NCBI GenBank assembly: GCA_046483495.1
Contig: JAWODC010000076.1
Location: 65,281-129,280 of the forward strand
Length of the DNA stretch: 64,000 bases
Direction: 5' to 3'
From: Desulfobacterales bacterium
GTDB taxonomy: Bacteria > Desulfobacterota > Desulfobacteria > Desulfobacterales > UBA5616
Both the position numbers and the translations under genes were made by a program. Below, in pieces: positions 38,809 through 49,439 of the stretch. The stretch's first letter is position 1; every line of letters starts with the position of its first letter. The notes beneath the pieces were generated by a model that had not been told where the DNA came from, made no database searches, and worked only from the letters and a program-made list of their open reading frames with translations.

Positions 38809-39570
38809 TTATCTTCTTTTCAAAACTTCCTTGGCTAATGAAAAATAGCTGACCGCCCCCACGGAACCGGCATCGTACAGCAGTATCGGTTTGCCGTAGC
38901 TCGGCGCTTCACCGAGCCGAACATTTCTCGGAATGGTCGTTTCGTAGACGAGATGCTTAAAATATTTTTCCGCGTCTTCGGCGACCTGCCGGGAAAGATT
39001 TGTCCGCTTATCGTACATGGTCAGCAATATACCGGCAATGGTCAATCCCGGGTTTAAACCTTTTTTAATTCGCTTGATGGTTCTCAGCAACTGGCCCAAT
39101 CCTTCCAGAGCATAAAATTCACATTGAAGCGTAATCAGCACCGAATCTGCGGCGGTCATGGCATTTACGGTCAGCAGGCTTAATGAAGGCGGACAATCCA
39201 AAATGATGTAGTCGAAATCGGATTGAAATCCGTCCAATAATTTCGAAAGGAATTTTTCCCGGCCGGGGCGGTCCATCATTTCCACTTCGAACCCGATGAG
39301 CTCCACGCGGGATGGTATTACTTTCAGCGTTTCGATGTCCGTCGGCATCACCAGATCGGTGCCGTCATTTTTGCCGATCAGGCCATGGTATAAGGATGTG
39401 GTGATGTGGGATTTGTTTAATCCGACCCCGGTCGTGGCATTGCCCTGCGGGTCGCAATCAACCAGGAGAGTCTTTTTTTCCGAAACCGCAAGGGCGGCGG
39501 AAAGATTGATTGCGGTTGTCGTTTTCCCGACGCCGCCTTTTTGATTTGCGATGCAGATAATTTTTGCCAT
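38809..39570 (-). CDS. parA: ParA/Soj ATPase
   Basis: NQKGGVGKTTT, DCDPQGNAT, DCPPSL and IPRNVRLGEAPS motifs. Start moved to MAKII. Confidence 0.96.
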   Translation of the reverse strand: MAKIICIANQKGGVGKTTTAINLSAALAVSEKKTLLVDCDPQGNATTGVGLNKSHITTSLYHGLIGKNDGTDLVMPTDIETLKVIPSRVELIGFEVEMMDRPGREKFLSKLLDGFQSDFDYIILDCPPSLSLLTVNAMTAADSVLITLQCEFYALEGLGQLLRTIKRIKKGLNPGLTIAGILLTMYDKRTNLSRQVAEDAEKYFKHLVYETTIPRNVRLGEAPSYGKPILLYDAGSVGAVSYFSLAKEVLKRR

Positions 39571-39974
39571 AGCGCGGAATGCATACCATATATCCGTGAA
39601 ATTGAAAAGCAGATAGTAAAAAAGCAGGGCGGCGGCAAAATAATCGGTATGGCGGGTTTTCCCTTCATTTCCGGAATCTTGAATAGAAGGAATCTGTTCA
39701 TTCACCGGCATGAGCACGGGGTCGGTGCGCCCGGATTGCCGCCGGCAAACAACCATAAACAGCGTATCGATACCCGGAAAAATATATCTTTCATATTTTT
39801 TTTCATTCCAATATAATACGATGCCTGATGTAAAGGCCCTTCGCAACCGCAGGGCATATCCGAAAACCGATGTGAAAGCGTTGCAAGAAACAAAAAGAAT
39901 TAATAACGGCAAACACGTATGATGAATGTTTTCATCGAATGAAGCATACCGATGAAAACGGATGAATTTTCATT

Positions 39975-41423
39975 ATGAAAATAAAATCAATATGGAGCCT
40001 TCTTGCAGTTCCGGCAGCTCTTTTCCTGCTTGTAGGCCGGGCTGATTGCCTGTCTGTTCAAAAAGAAGAGGAATTAGGCCGGGAATTTATGAAAGTTGTG
40101 TTCGAGCGGTATCACGTGATCGAGGATCCCCTCATCACCGATTATGTCGAAAAAGTGGGCCGCCACATCGTTTCTGTTTTTCCGAATCGGGTATTCAACT
40201 ATCAATTTTATGTCCTGAAAGAGCCGGTATATAATGCATTCGCCGCGCCTGCCGGGCATGTATTTATTAACAGCGGCCTTTTTGAAGCCATGGACAGCGA
40301 AGAAGAGCTTGCCGGTATTCTGGCCCACGAAATCGCCCATGTGGAATGCCGGCATATATCGCAAAAAATCGAGCGGTCTTCGAAAATCAGCATGTTAACG
40401 CTTGCCGGTCTTGCCGCCGGGATTTTTCTGGGCGCCGGCGGCGCGGATACGGCGGCAAGTGCTTTGACCATCGGCTCCATGGCAGCCGGTCAATCCCTGG
40501 AGCTGTCTTACAGCCGGGAGGACGAAATGGAAGCGGATCAGCTCGGTTTAACCTATTTGTACAAAGCGGGCTACAGTGCGGCCGGATTGCTGGACATGCT
40601 TAAAAAGATTCGTCAGACGGAATGGTTCGGAACAGACATTATACCCACTTACCTAAGAACCCACCCCGCATCTGAAGATCGAATCGCCTATATCGGAACC
40701 CGGCTTGATACGGCCGATCCGCCGTCAGCAAAAAAGCCGACGACGGAAACAGAATTTCAGATCGCCCATACACGCCTCACCGCCGTTTACGGGGATGCCG
40801 ATACAGCCGTGAACCGCTTCACAACCATGTTGGAAAAAAATCCAGGGGACCCGCAGGCCCACTACGGCCTGGCCCTGGTTTTCGACCGCAAGGGAAATCG
40901 GCGACTGGCCCAGGCGCATCTGAAAAAAGCACTGGCCTCGAATCCCTTGAACCCTTACTTTTTAAGTGACCTGGGAAGAATCTACTTTCTGAATGGACAA
41001 TATCAGGATGCGCTTACGATTTTAAAGGATTCGGTTTACGTTGTCCCCGATAATTATACCGGCCTGTTCTTTCTTGGACGCTCGGAGTTGGAGCTCGAAG
41101 AATACGAAAAGGCTGTTGATGCATTTGAACAATTGATCCGAAAAAAACCGGATTACGAAAAGGCCCATTATTTTTTGGGGCAGGCTTACGGTAAAATGGG
41201 CCGTCTGGCCGATGCTCATTACCACCTTGGGTGTTATTATAAAGACAGGGGTGAAGCCCGGAACGCAACATTCCATTTCGAAAGAGCCGCGAAAAAAACG
41301 GAAGATCCGGAAAAGAGAGAAGAAATCGGCAAAATTCTGGATGAGATGCACACGTCAGCCGAAAAGGCCGGTGCACCGATGGTCAATGTTAACGGTCATC
41401 CAAAACGTTTTGGTCCGGAATGA
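39975..41423 (+). CDS. M48 metalloprotease with TPR repeats (BepA/YfgC-like)
   Basis: Signal peptide, NAFAAPAG, HEIAH, YSREDEMEAD and THP motifs, C-terminal TPRs. Confidence 0.92.
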   Translation: MKIKSIWSLLAVPAALFLLVGRADCLSVQKEEELGREFMKVVFERYHVIEDPLITDYVEKVGRHIVSVFPNRVFNYQFYVLKEPVYNAFAAPAGHVFINSGLFEAMDSEEELAGILAHEIAHVECRHISQKIERSSKISMLTLAGLAAGIFLGAGGADTAASALTIGSMAAGQSLELSYSREDEMEADQLGLTYLYKAGYSAAGLLDMLKKIRQTEWFGTDIIPTYLRTHPASEDRIAYIGTRLDTADPPSAKKPTTETEFQIAHTRLTAVYGDADTAVNRFTTMLEKNPGDPQAHYGLALVFDRKGNRRLAQAHLKKALASNPLNPYFLSDLGRIYFLNGQYQDALTILKDSVYVVPDNYTGLFFLGRSELELEEYEKAVDAFEQLIRKKPDYEKAHYFLGQAYGKMGRLADAHYHLGCYYKDRGEARNATFHFERAAKKTEDPEKREEIGKILDEMHTSAEKAGAPMVNVNGHPKRFGPE

Positions 41424-41424
41424 A

Positions 41425-43446
41425 TCAGGTCTTGTCAAAATGAGAAAACTGCATGGTGAACGTACCTCTTCCCTGTGTAGCCGATCGAATTGCGGTGGAA
41501 TAGCCAAACATTTTTGAAAGAGGCATGGTCGCCCGAATCACCTGCAGACCCTGTTTATGCTCAATCGCATCGATCTTGCCGTGCCGGGCATTTAAATCCC
41601 CAATAACTTCCCCCATGAATTGTTCCGGGACAAAGGCCTCCACGTGCATCATGGGTTCCAATAAAAATGGATTCGCCTGTTCGATCGCATCTTTGACAGC
41701 CATGGATGTGCTCACCGTATAGGCCAAATCCGTGCCGAGCGTCTCCTTGTAGGATCCCCCGGTCAGCACCAGTTCGATGTCGACGACAGGATATCCCATC
41801 AAGGCGCCCGTTTCGAGCGCTTCCTTGGCGCTGTTTTCGATGATGGGAATAAACATCGATGGAATCACATCTTCGGATACCTCCGAACGAAAGCGAACCC
41901 CCGCTCCCCGCGACAGGGGAATTGCCTTGATGGTCACCTCTCCAAAATGGTGCTTTCCGGCCACATCCCGATCGAATACGCCGGCAGCCGATGATTCGGT
42001 TTCAATAGCCTCCCGGTATACCACCTGCGGTTTGCCGACATTGACATTGGTTTTAAACTCCCGCTGCATTCGACTGATGATTACTTCTAAGTGGAGTTCA
42101 CCCATTCCGGATAAGATCGTCTGGCCGGTATCGGGATCCTCCCGTACCTTCAGGGTGGGATCCTCGGCGACAAACTTGTCCAAGACCTGTGTAAATTTTT
42201 CCTGGTCCGCATGCGTTCGAGGTTCCACGGCTACAGAGATAACCGGCTCATAAAATTCCATTTTTTCCAGAATAACGGGATGCTCCCGCGTGCAAAGGGT
42301 TTCTCCGGTCGATGACTCCTTAAACCCAACTACCCCCACGATATTACCCGGGCCAGCCTCATCAATCCGTTCCCTTTTATTGGCATGCATTTTTAAAATT
42401 CGGGACAGCTTTTCGGAAATGTTTCGCAGGGGGTTGTAGATGTCCGATCCGGCTTTCAATTTGCCGCTGTATATCCGGACATAGGACAGCTTTCGGCCAT
42501 CCGCCATGGATACCTTGAAAATCAGGCCGGCGAGCGGCGCCTTTTCCTTTGGCGGGCATGGCACCGTCTCTCCGGTTTCGGGATGCACACCGGTGATGGG
42601 CGGCACATCGACCGGGCTTGGAAGGTAATGACCGATAGCATCCAACAGGGGCTGTATTCCCTTGTTTTTCAATGCCGACCCGCATAGAACGGGTACCCGT
42701 CTCAAGGAGACAGTGGCATTTCGAATGGCCGTATTGATCTTCTCCACGGGAATCGCTTCTTCGGCCAGATAGGCTTCCATGATTTCATCGTCCGTTTCGG
42801 CCAGTGACTCGAGCAATTTTTCTCGATGGGGCGCCGCCTCTGTCATCCGCTCAGGCGTCAAATCTTCCACTGTGTACGTGGCGCCTAATGAGTCTTCATC
42901 CCATATGATCTGCTTTAAATTGATGAGATCGATAATGCCTGAAAAGTTTTCTTCCCTGCCGATGGGGAGCTGGAGCACAAGCGGATCGGCTTGCAGCTTC
43001 TGCTTCATCATCTCGACAGCGGAAAAAAAATCGGCACCGATCCGATCCATTTTATTGATGAAGGCTATTTTTGGAACGTGATATTTATCCGCCTGCCGCC
43101 AAACGGTTTCCGATTGGGGCTCTACGCCGCTGACGCCGCAGAAAACACCGATAGCCCCGTCCAGCACTCGCAACGAGCGCTCCACTTCAATCGTAAAATC
43201 CACATGTCCGGGGGTATCGATGATTTGAATGTCGTAATTTTTCCATTGGCAGGTGGTTACCGCCGATGTGATCGTAATTCCCCGCTCCTGTTCATCCGGC
43301 ATCCAGTCCATAACGGCCTCGCCGTCATGAACCTCGCCTATTTTATAGGATCGACCGGTATAAAAAAGGATTCGTTCCGTAACGGTTGTTTTTCCGGCAT
43401 CGATGTGGGCTATGATACCGATATTTCTAAGTTTATCAATTTTCAT
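41425..43446 (-). CDS. fusA: Elongation factor G paralog (stand-alone)
   Basis: [23 protein letters not shown] and GMGELHL motifs. Not in an rpsL-rpsG-tuf context; domain IV tip motifs are divergent. Confidence 0.93.
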   Translation of the reverse strand: MKIDKLRNIGIIAHIDAGKTTVTERILFYTGRSYKIGEVHDGEAVMDWMPDEQERGITITSAVTTCQWKNYDIQIIDTPGHVDFTIEVERSLRVLDGAIGVFCGVSGVEPQSETVWRQADKYHVPKIAFINKMDRIGADFFSAVEMMKQKLQADPLVLQLPIGREENFSGIIDLINLKQIIWDEDSLGATYTVEDLTPERMTEAAPHREKLLESLAETDDEIMEAYLAEEAIPVEKINTAIRNATVSLRRVPVLCGSALKNKGIQPLLDAIGHYLPSPVDVPPITGVHPETGETVPCPPKEKAPLAGLIFKVSMADGRKLSYVRIYSGKLKAGSDIYNPLRNISEKLSRILKMHANKRERIDEAGPGNIVGVVGFKESSTGETLCTREHPVILEKMEFYEPVISVAVEPRTHADQEKFTQVLDKFVAEDPTLKVREDPDTGQTILSGMGELHLEVIISRMQREFKTNVNVGKPQVVYREAIETESSAAGVFDRDVAGKHHFGEVTIKAIPLSRGAGVRFRSEVSEDVIPSMFIPIIENSAKEALETGALMGYPVVDIELVLTGGSYKETLGTDLAYTVSTSMAVKDAIEQANPFLLEPMMHVEAFVPEQFMGEVIGDLNARHGKIDAIEHKQGLQVIRATMPLSKMFGYSTAIRSATQGRGTFTMQFSHFDKT

Positions 43447-44030
43447 TATTCTATCAGCAGCATGTTTGCAAAAAATGGATAACGCAAATCGATATGGCCG
43501 GCTAATGTTTTCGCCTCACGTCCGTTGATCAAAATCGTAACCGCGTCGATTTCGGCAATATTTAGAACTAATGAATTCACTATCGAATAAATCGACAGGT
43601 GCTCGGCCACTGCACCTCCGGGATGGTGCGTCTTTACCTCTTCCGACAGGTCGACATAGGCCGCCCCATCGTTTACAAAAAAAGCATTTAGACGTGCTTT
43701 TTCTGAAACCGACGGCTGCAGGTCCGATCGAGGACCGGCGATGAGATGGTTTATTATGTCGACTCCCCGCGACACAGGATCATCACCAGGGCGTATATGT
43801 CTCGCTTCAGCCTTCAAGTTCGCGTTATCCTTATCAATAAAATACACATAGACAATGCCGGGGGATTCGCCGGCATCACGTTTCCCCACCGGTAAAACCG
43901 GCGCCGTTTCCCGGCTCACCGGTACCGCTTTGCCGACAGGATGCCGGTGATTGGACAAAACAGCCGTTACGACCGCAATGGTGACAACGGCCACAGCCAT
44001 TACCAGCAGGGAAAATGCCTTTCTCATCAC
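43446..44030 (-). CDS. GerMN domain membrane-anchored protein
   Basis: N-terminal [26 protein letters not shown] and [16 protein letters not shown] before GTG 44030; TAATG overlap with fusA. Confidence 0.85.
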   Translation of the reverse strand: MMRKAFSLLVMAVAVVTIAVVTAVLSNHRHPVGKAVPVSRETAPVLPVGKRDAGESPGIVYVYFIDKDNANLKAEARHIRPGDDPVSRGVDIINHLIAGPRSDLQPSVSEKARLNAFFVNDGAAYVDLSEEVKTHHPGGAVAEHLSIYSIVNSLVLNIAEIDAVTILINGREAKTLAGHIDLRYPFFANMLLIE

Positions 44031-44061
44031 CGGGCTCCTAAATCCCGCACATTGGATCCAC

Positions 44062-44197
44062 TTATCGGCCATCCGGAAATGAGAAATCCGCTTCGGTGAA
44101 AAATTTTAACCGCTGGAATACGCTACGTATTTTGAGGATTAAAAGTTTCCGGCCAACGCGGAAATGAAGTGAATCAACCATTTCCGTATGAACACTA
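44062..44197 (+). repeat. Structured repeat, copy D
   Basis: CCATCCGGAAATGAGAAAT..AAATTTTAACCGCTGGAATAC..GTATTTTGAGGATTAAAA..CCGGCCAACGCGGAAATG..CCATTTCCGTATGAACACTA; closely matches copy B. Confidence 0.8.
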
Positions 44198-44330
44198 CTT
44201 AGAAAATGTTTAAATAAACTTAACCATTTAATTCAATTTACCGAAAATTGTCAAGGAAAGATGGATTCCGGATGAAACGGTGCAGCGTACAGGTATTTAG
44301 CGAATACGAATGGTGGGGAAAACGGATGAA

Positions 44331-45164
44331 TCAGCGGACCGGATGGCCGCTGCCGGGCCTCGGAGGAAATGTTTCCAATTCGACGAATTTTCGAAACCGG
44401 AGGTATCTTAACCATATTTCCGGTTTATGGGATGCAAACAGCCTTTCACAGAAGCCGTCAATATCTTTGCCGATTCTATCCAGACCCGGCATTTCAGGAA
44501 ACCTGTCGATCGGCAGCCGGTCCTTATCGATCGTTTGGTAAGCCAGCTTCTGGTCCAACCTGGATGTATATTCCGAAGAAACCGCCCCGGTGATCTTTTC
44601 CTTTTCCAATATTTCCGGATTCAAAGACCTCGCATATTGAAGCACGGACGATGGCGATTTTCCATCCGTCAGTTTCATTATATTTTCGTTCACCAGGTCC
44701 GCCATTGTCAGGACCATGCGAAGATTTACCGGTATTTGCTCTTCCTCGGTGAAACGGCGTTGATCATCGTCCGGTTTTCCGTAGAGATACGCATCCACAT
44801 CGCTCTTAAGCGTCGTATATATCGCCTTGACAAGCCGCGTATATTTATGTTTTTTCAAAATCGCGAAAGGCATGGGCGGCGGACCGATGCCTTTTTCCAG
44901 CCGCCCTTTAACATCGATAAACGGGTGATCTTCAATGCCGATGCACCGGTAAAAATCCGCCGCGCCTTCTCGATTCAACAAAAAATAATTCAACGATGCC
45001 GCTCTCTTTACGACACATCGTCCGATCGACTTGAGCTGAGAAAGATAGGATTCAAAGGCTCGGAGCTGCTCTTCCACCCTTTTTCGCTCGTCTAAAAATT
45101 TGGTGGCGACTTCCGTCAGTATTTCCTCGACCAGCGAATCGCTCATGTCTTTTGTTGAACTCAT
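44331..45164 (-). CDS. Hypothetical alpha-helical protein
   Basis: Long ORF with plausible composition between GerMN and the SDR gene on the same strand. No recognised motif; start uncertain. Confidence 0.65.
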   Translation of the reverse strand: MSSTKDMSDSLVEEILTEVATKFLDERKRVEEQLRAFESYLSQLKSIGRCVVKRAASLNYFLLNREGAADFYRCIGIEDHPFIDVKGRLEKGIGPPPMPFAILKKHKYTRLVKAIYTTLKSDVDAYLYGKPDDDQRRFTEEEQIPVNLRMVLTMADLVNENIMKLTDGKSPSSVLQYARSLNPEILEKEKITGAVSSEYTSRLDQKLAYQTIDKDRLPIDRFPEMPGLDRIGKDIDGFCERLFASHKPEIWLRYLRFRKFVELETFPPRPGSGHPVR

Positions 45165-45334
45165 TCGCCAATGCCCCATTCCCCTGAAGCCCGATATGCG
45201 GACCTGTTTCGGGTTAAATGGAAACGCTCACGTCCAAGAACCAAAAGCGTCCAATCTTGGATTCGTGAAAGCGGTCTCCGTAATTATCTACGCCACTTTC
45301 ATTATGCATGCAACCGAAAGTATTTCTCTAATGT

Positions 45335-46141
45335 TTACCAAATCGTATGGCCGCCGTCCATGACCAGATCATGCCCCGTCGTATACGTGGATGCCTCCGA
45401 AACCAGATAGACAACACCGCCGGCCATTTCTTCCGCCCTGCCCTGGCGGTGTATCGGTGTCGTACTGTTTTCTTTTTCCAAGAATTCAGGGGTTTCCTGA
45501 ATAATCCGGGTCATCGGCGTGATGATGTAACCGGGGCTGATGCAGTTTACATAAATATTGTGCTGAATCAATTCCGCGGCGAGCACTTTGGTCAAATGCC
45601 TTACCCCTGCTTTTGCGGTACAGTAGGCGATATTTTGCATCCCGGCGATGGGCCCCCCCCCGATTTCAAAGTTATTGACGATGGAAGCGCTCATGGAAGC
45701 GGTATTGACGATCTTACCGTAACGCTGCGGAATCATATATTTTGCTTCTTCCCTGCAGCAATAAAAAACGGCGTTAAGATCCACCTCGATCACCCTTCTC
45801 CATACATCGATGGCGTTGTCATCCGTCAAGGGAATCGGTTCCCCGCCTATGCCGGCGTTGTTGTGGGCGATATGAAGCCCCCCAAGTTTGTCCACCACTT
45901 CCCTGACCATTTCGGCGACCTGCTCGGGAATCGATACGTCGCGATTGATGTACACCGACTTTCTTCCCAATCGTCTGATTTCTTCCGCTGTTTCAAGCCC
46001 CAAATTCTCGTTTACATCGACAATCGCCACGTCGGCTCCTGCTTTGGCCATGGCGACGGCGCAGGCTTTCCCTATACCGCCTGCGGACCCCGTGACCAAT
46101 GCCTTTTTACCGGATAAATCAAACAGTGTCAGATCAGTCAT
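45335..46141 (-). CDS. Short-chain dehydrogenase/reductase (SDR)
   Basis: TGSAGGIG, NNAG, YCTAK, ISPGYI and VMDGG motifs. AGGAG RBS. Confidence 0.93.
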   Translation of the reverse strand: MTDLTLFDLSGKKALVTGSAGGIGKACAVAMAKAGADVAIVDVNENLGLETAEEIRRLGRKSVYINRDVSIPEQVAEMVREVVDKLGGLHIAHNNAGIGGEPIPLTDDNAIDVWRRVIEVDLNAVFYCCREEAKYMIPQRYGKIVNTASMSASIVNNFEIGGGPIAGMQNIAYCTAKAGVRHLTKVLAAELIQHNIYVNCISPGYIITPMTRIIQETPEFLEKENSTTPIHRQGRAEEMAGGVVYLVSEASTYTTGHDLVMDGGHTIW

Positions 46142-46179
46142 AATCCGTCTCCTTTTTTGAAATTATACTGCAGATGCGT

Positions 46180-47778
46180 TCACGAAAATGTTGTCCATCG
46201 AGATTGACAAAATGCATCGGCGATACAGAACGCCGATGCTCCCGCCAAAAACGTAATCAGTTCCGGTATGGATATTCTTCCATTAAAATAACCGAGATGG
46301 GGACCGGAGTGGATGGTGACATCCCGGACTCCCTTCTTGAATGCCGCCCTTTCATCAAGGGAAAACCCTTTTCGGCGAAGAAAACGTTCACATTCAAAAT
46401 CCGATAAAGCAAGCTGGTCCGCGATTCGAAATACTTCCACCATGTCACGGTCGCATCCCATTTCTTCGATCAGCCGATCCGTCAAACGGTTCAGGTCCGC
46501 CGGCAATTCCCCGTTAAATGGGCGGCCGACAAATCCCCGGTAATAGGACGTGTACATATCTATCAGCAGCTTTTTATAATATACCGGATCGAACAGATCC
46601 CGGGCATCCACGGGATTCCCGGCCTCGTCAAAGCCCCTGAGGTGAGGCGCCGCATTGCGAAACCAGCTTCCGGCAACCAGAACCAGGCTCATCAGCTGGG
46701 TTCCGATGTGCCGGTACAGAAGCTGGTCCGGTCCGGTAAATGCCTTTAAATGTTCAAAATCCCGAATACCGGAAATTCCGAAATTGGGGAAGCGGCAGGA
46801 CTGCAGCCACTGATCCAACCTGCCGCCTCTCGGCCAATCATATATACCGTTGTCGTGTCTGCGTGACTGTTGCGTCCGGTTGTGGAAAAGGGGAATGGGT
46901 GCGGTGTGAATAATGCCCATTCGTGTCAGGCGGCCCAATGTACGGGCATTCCCTTTTATAACGGCTGCAAAATCCTCTCGACCAAGCCGTCTCGATGCTT
47001 CCGTAGGGTTGGGGTATGAAAAATAATTTTTATGGGCGATAAAGGCAATCGCGCCGGTGCCGTTCGCAGGCAGGCGTTTTTTTATCGTTGCGGGGAGCCC
47101 CACGGGTTTTACGATATAACTGTCACAGAAGCCGCAGGGCTTGGGGACATGGAATGGTTCGCCGACATCAGTATTCGTCCGGCGCAGATACCTCATCCAC
47201 TCGATCTCCTTTCGAAGGCCGTCTAAAGCGGAATTGGAGCCGGCCTGCTTTACGACAAAAACGCCTTCGATTCCATCGATGTCCCAAACAATGCTTCTTC
47301 CCAGGATTTTCGGATTCCCGCGCATCGGTGCCGCCTCGGCCATTCGGCAAAACGGCACTTCAGGAATATTTTCCGCAGGAGTGCGTTCGATTTCAGGGCC
47401 CCTGATGTGCAGTGGAAGACATCCAAGTGCTTCGGCGGCGGCTCGCTGCCGAACACCGTCTGTTTTGGCAGTAAACTTCTTTAGGATTGCGAGCGCGGAT
47501 TCAAAGACTTCACTATCAACGGCATGCATTAGAATGGCGGCAAGTGCATGTGAAACTTCCCTGTAAAACGCCAGGGCCTGCGTCTGACGGGTGTAACAGG
47601 TTTGCCCGAGCAGCACATCGAGGGCCTGGGCCGTCCGTTTGCCCGCCAATTCGGGATAATCCTCGACCATGCCACGAAGCGAATGAACCGTCATAAAAGC
47701 AGCAGTAAATGACGGCCTCTGCGCGGCGACAGCGGTTTCAAGCCGGTGGATTAGGCGTTCCGGACTCCAGGTTCTCAT
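46180..47778 (-). CDS. SidJ-related pseudokinase (putative protein glutamylase)
   Basis: GRS..VFVVK..E, LFHNRTQQSRRHDNGIY and GRLDQW..PNFGISGIRDFEH motifs; residue spacing matches recalled SidJ catalytic residues. Confidence 0.82.
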   Translation of the reverse strand: MRTWSPERLIHRLETAVAAQRPSFTAAFMTVHSLRGMVEDYPELAGKRTAQALDVLLGQTCYTRQTQALAFYREVSHALAAILMHAVDSEVFESALAILKKFTAKTDGVRQRAAAEALGCLPLHIRGPEIERTPAENIPEVPFCRMAEAAPMRGNPKILGRSIVWDIDGIEGVFVVKQAGSNSALDGLRKEIEWMRYLRRTNTDVGEPFHVPKPCGFCDSYIVKPVGLPATIKKRLPANGTGAIAFIAHKNYFSYPNPTEASRRLGREDFAAVIKGNARTLGRLTRMGIIHTAPIPLFHNRTQQSRRHDNGIYDWPRGGRLDQWLQSCRFPNFGISGIRDFEHLKAFTGPDQLLYRHIGTQLMSLVLVAGSWFRNAAPHLRGFDEAGNPVDARDLFDPVYYKKLLIDMYTSYYRGFVGRPFNGELPADLNRLTDRLIEEMGCDRDMVEVFRIADQLALSDFECERFLRRKGFSLDERAAFKKGVRDVTIHSGPHLGYFNGRISIPELITFLAGASAFCIADAFCQSRWTTFS

Positions 47779-48025
47779 GAATGCACTTTCATTTCAGTGG
47801 GATAATGTGAAAACCGTTTCTACCAGAATGCACGCGGTATGTCCATGAAAAGGTCCCTGCAGCATTTTCAGCACTTGATCTTTAAACGCTTACAGGGTAA
47901 TAAGAAGGACCTGCTCGCCGCAGACCCGATTTGCGGTTCTTCGAAATAGTCCTGCTGAATGGTTGCCGTCATATACCTGTCTTTTACTCAACCGTTCTAA
48001 TGCCGACCTGCGGAAAGGACCTGAA

Positions 48026-49243
48026 ATGGAAACTCAAGAAAAAGCATCCTATCGTTGGCCGATGTTGGTTTACCTTTCGCTTATCAACCTTATCTTTAAC
48101 GGCATCGCCGTCAATATCATGCCGCCGCTTTTTCCGCGCATTTCGGGCGAATTGGGTCTGAATTATGCCCAAATCGGTTCGATCGTCGGCGCTATCGCCC
48201 TGGGAATGATGCTGTTTTCATTAATCGGCGGCATGACTGCGGATCGATTCGGCATCAAGAATGTAATCGCTGTCGCCGTTCTGGCAGGTTCCGTTTTTGC
48301 GGGGGCGAGAGGCCTGGCGGAGAGCTATTTAGCCCTGTGGGTAATCACGTTTCTGATGGGCGTCAGCTTTGGATTCATTATTCCCAATCTCACAAAAGGA
48401 ATTGCCATGTGGTTTGGTCCCGAAGAGCTCGGGCGTGCAAACGGCATTCTTCTAATCGGCGTTTACATCGGTGTGGGAATGGGATTTGCCCTCGGGCCGC
48501 CCGCAGCCGCCCTTTTAGGGGGGTGGCGGAACGTCATGTTCCTCAGCGGTGCGTTTTGCCTGGTGCTGTCGGTGGTGTGGCTTATCGCCGGAAAGGAGCG
48601 GGAATACACGGGCGCCATTGCCGAGTTGATGAAAGTGCGGCCCAAACCCATTGAAGGACTGAAATGCGTTTTTGCGGTAAAGGAAATATGGCTGCTCTGC
48701 ATCACCGAAGTGTTTGTTATCGGAAACTTGATGGCCATCGGGGGTATTATGCCCACGTACCTGGTCGGCAAGGGTATGACGGAAACACAGGCCGGCGTAT
48801 TCATTGCGCTGAATACAGCCATGGTTCTAATCGGACTAGGTGTAGGGCCCTATCTTTCTGACCGCGTGGGATTGCGAAAGGTGTTTGTCTGGCCCTTTTT
48901 CCTCGTCAGCGCTATCACCCTGCCCCTATTCGCCGTTCTTTGGGGATGGCCGCTCTATCTGATCAACATTATCGGCGGATTCGTGATCGGATGCAGCATG
49001 CCCCAGCTGCGATCGATCGTCATGGAACTCGAAGAGATCGGTCCCGTCCTGTCAGGGAGCGCTTTTGGAGCGCTGTTTACATTCAACCGGATTGGCGGCT
49101 TCATGGTTCCCTGGTTGATGGGGATTGTTATGACGTCTTTTGGTGAACGGATCGGTTTCTATTTCATTGCATTTCTGGCGCTCATACCCCCGTTTCTGAT
49201 GCTTTTTGTCAGGGAAACGGGGCGGAGGGCCCGCAAGACTTAA
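48026..49243 (+). CDS. MFS transporter
   Basis: About 12 TM segments with MFS motif A (GMTADRFGIK, PYLSDRVGLRK). Confidence 0.92.
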   Translation: METQEKASYRWPMLVYLSLINLIFNGIAVNIMPPLFPRISGELGLNYAQIGSIVGAIALGMMLFSLIGGMTADRFGIKNVIAVAVLAGSVFAGARGLAESYLALWVITFLMGVSFGFIIPNLTKGIAMWFGPEELGRANGILLIGVYIGVGMGFALGPPAAALLGGWRNVMFLSGAFCLVLSVVWLIAGKEREYTGAIAELMKVRPKPIEGLKCVFAVKEIWLLCITEVFVIGNLMAIGGIMPTYLVGKGMTETQAGVFIALNTAMVLIGLGVGPYLSDRVGLRKVFVWPFFLVSAITLPLFAVLWGWPLYLINIIGGFVIGCSMPQLRSIVMELEEIGPVLSGSAFGALFTFNRIGGFMVPWLMGIVMTSFGERIGFYFIAFLALIPPFLMLFVRETGRRARKT

Positions 49244-49439
49244 GCAAAGGAATGCCGCACCATCGCATGCTGCCTTCGACACAGGCGGCCCCGGCATCAC
49301 CACTTCTGAATACATCATTACATACCGTGTTTTACAGGGATTCCCCTATATAACATTTTTCTGTTTCATGAAATTTTTAAGCGTGCATTGGATTCATGCC
49401 TGATTCGGGCTGTCATAAACACTGTAAATGAGAAAACAA

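Noticed and set aside
39571..39912. N-terminal extensions in the ORF track (ParA here; also TonB receptor, SucC, Mce, QueA, GerMN and the riboswitch-controlled gene)
   Set aside because: They run through promoters, leaders or repeats. Downstream starts match family N-termini and mostly have better RBSs.
37831..39975. parS site or replication origin near parAB
   Set aside because: No TGTTTCACGTGAAACA-like palindrome or DnaA-box cluster was found by eye; only an unrelated hairpin at about 39928-39959.
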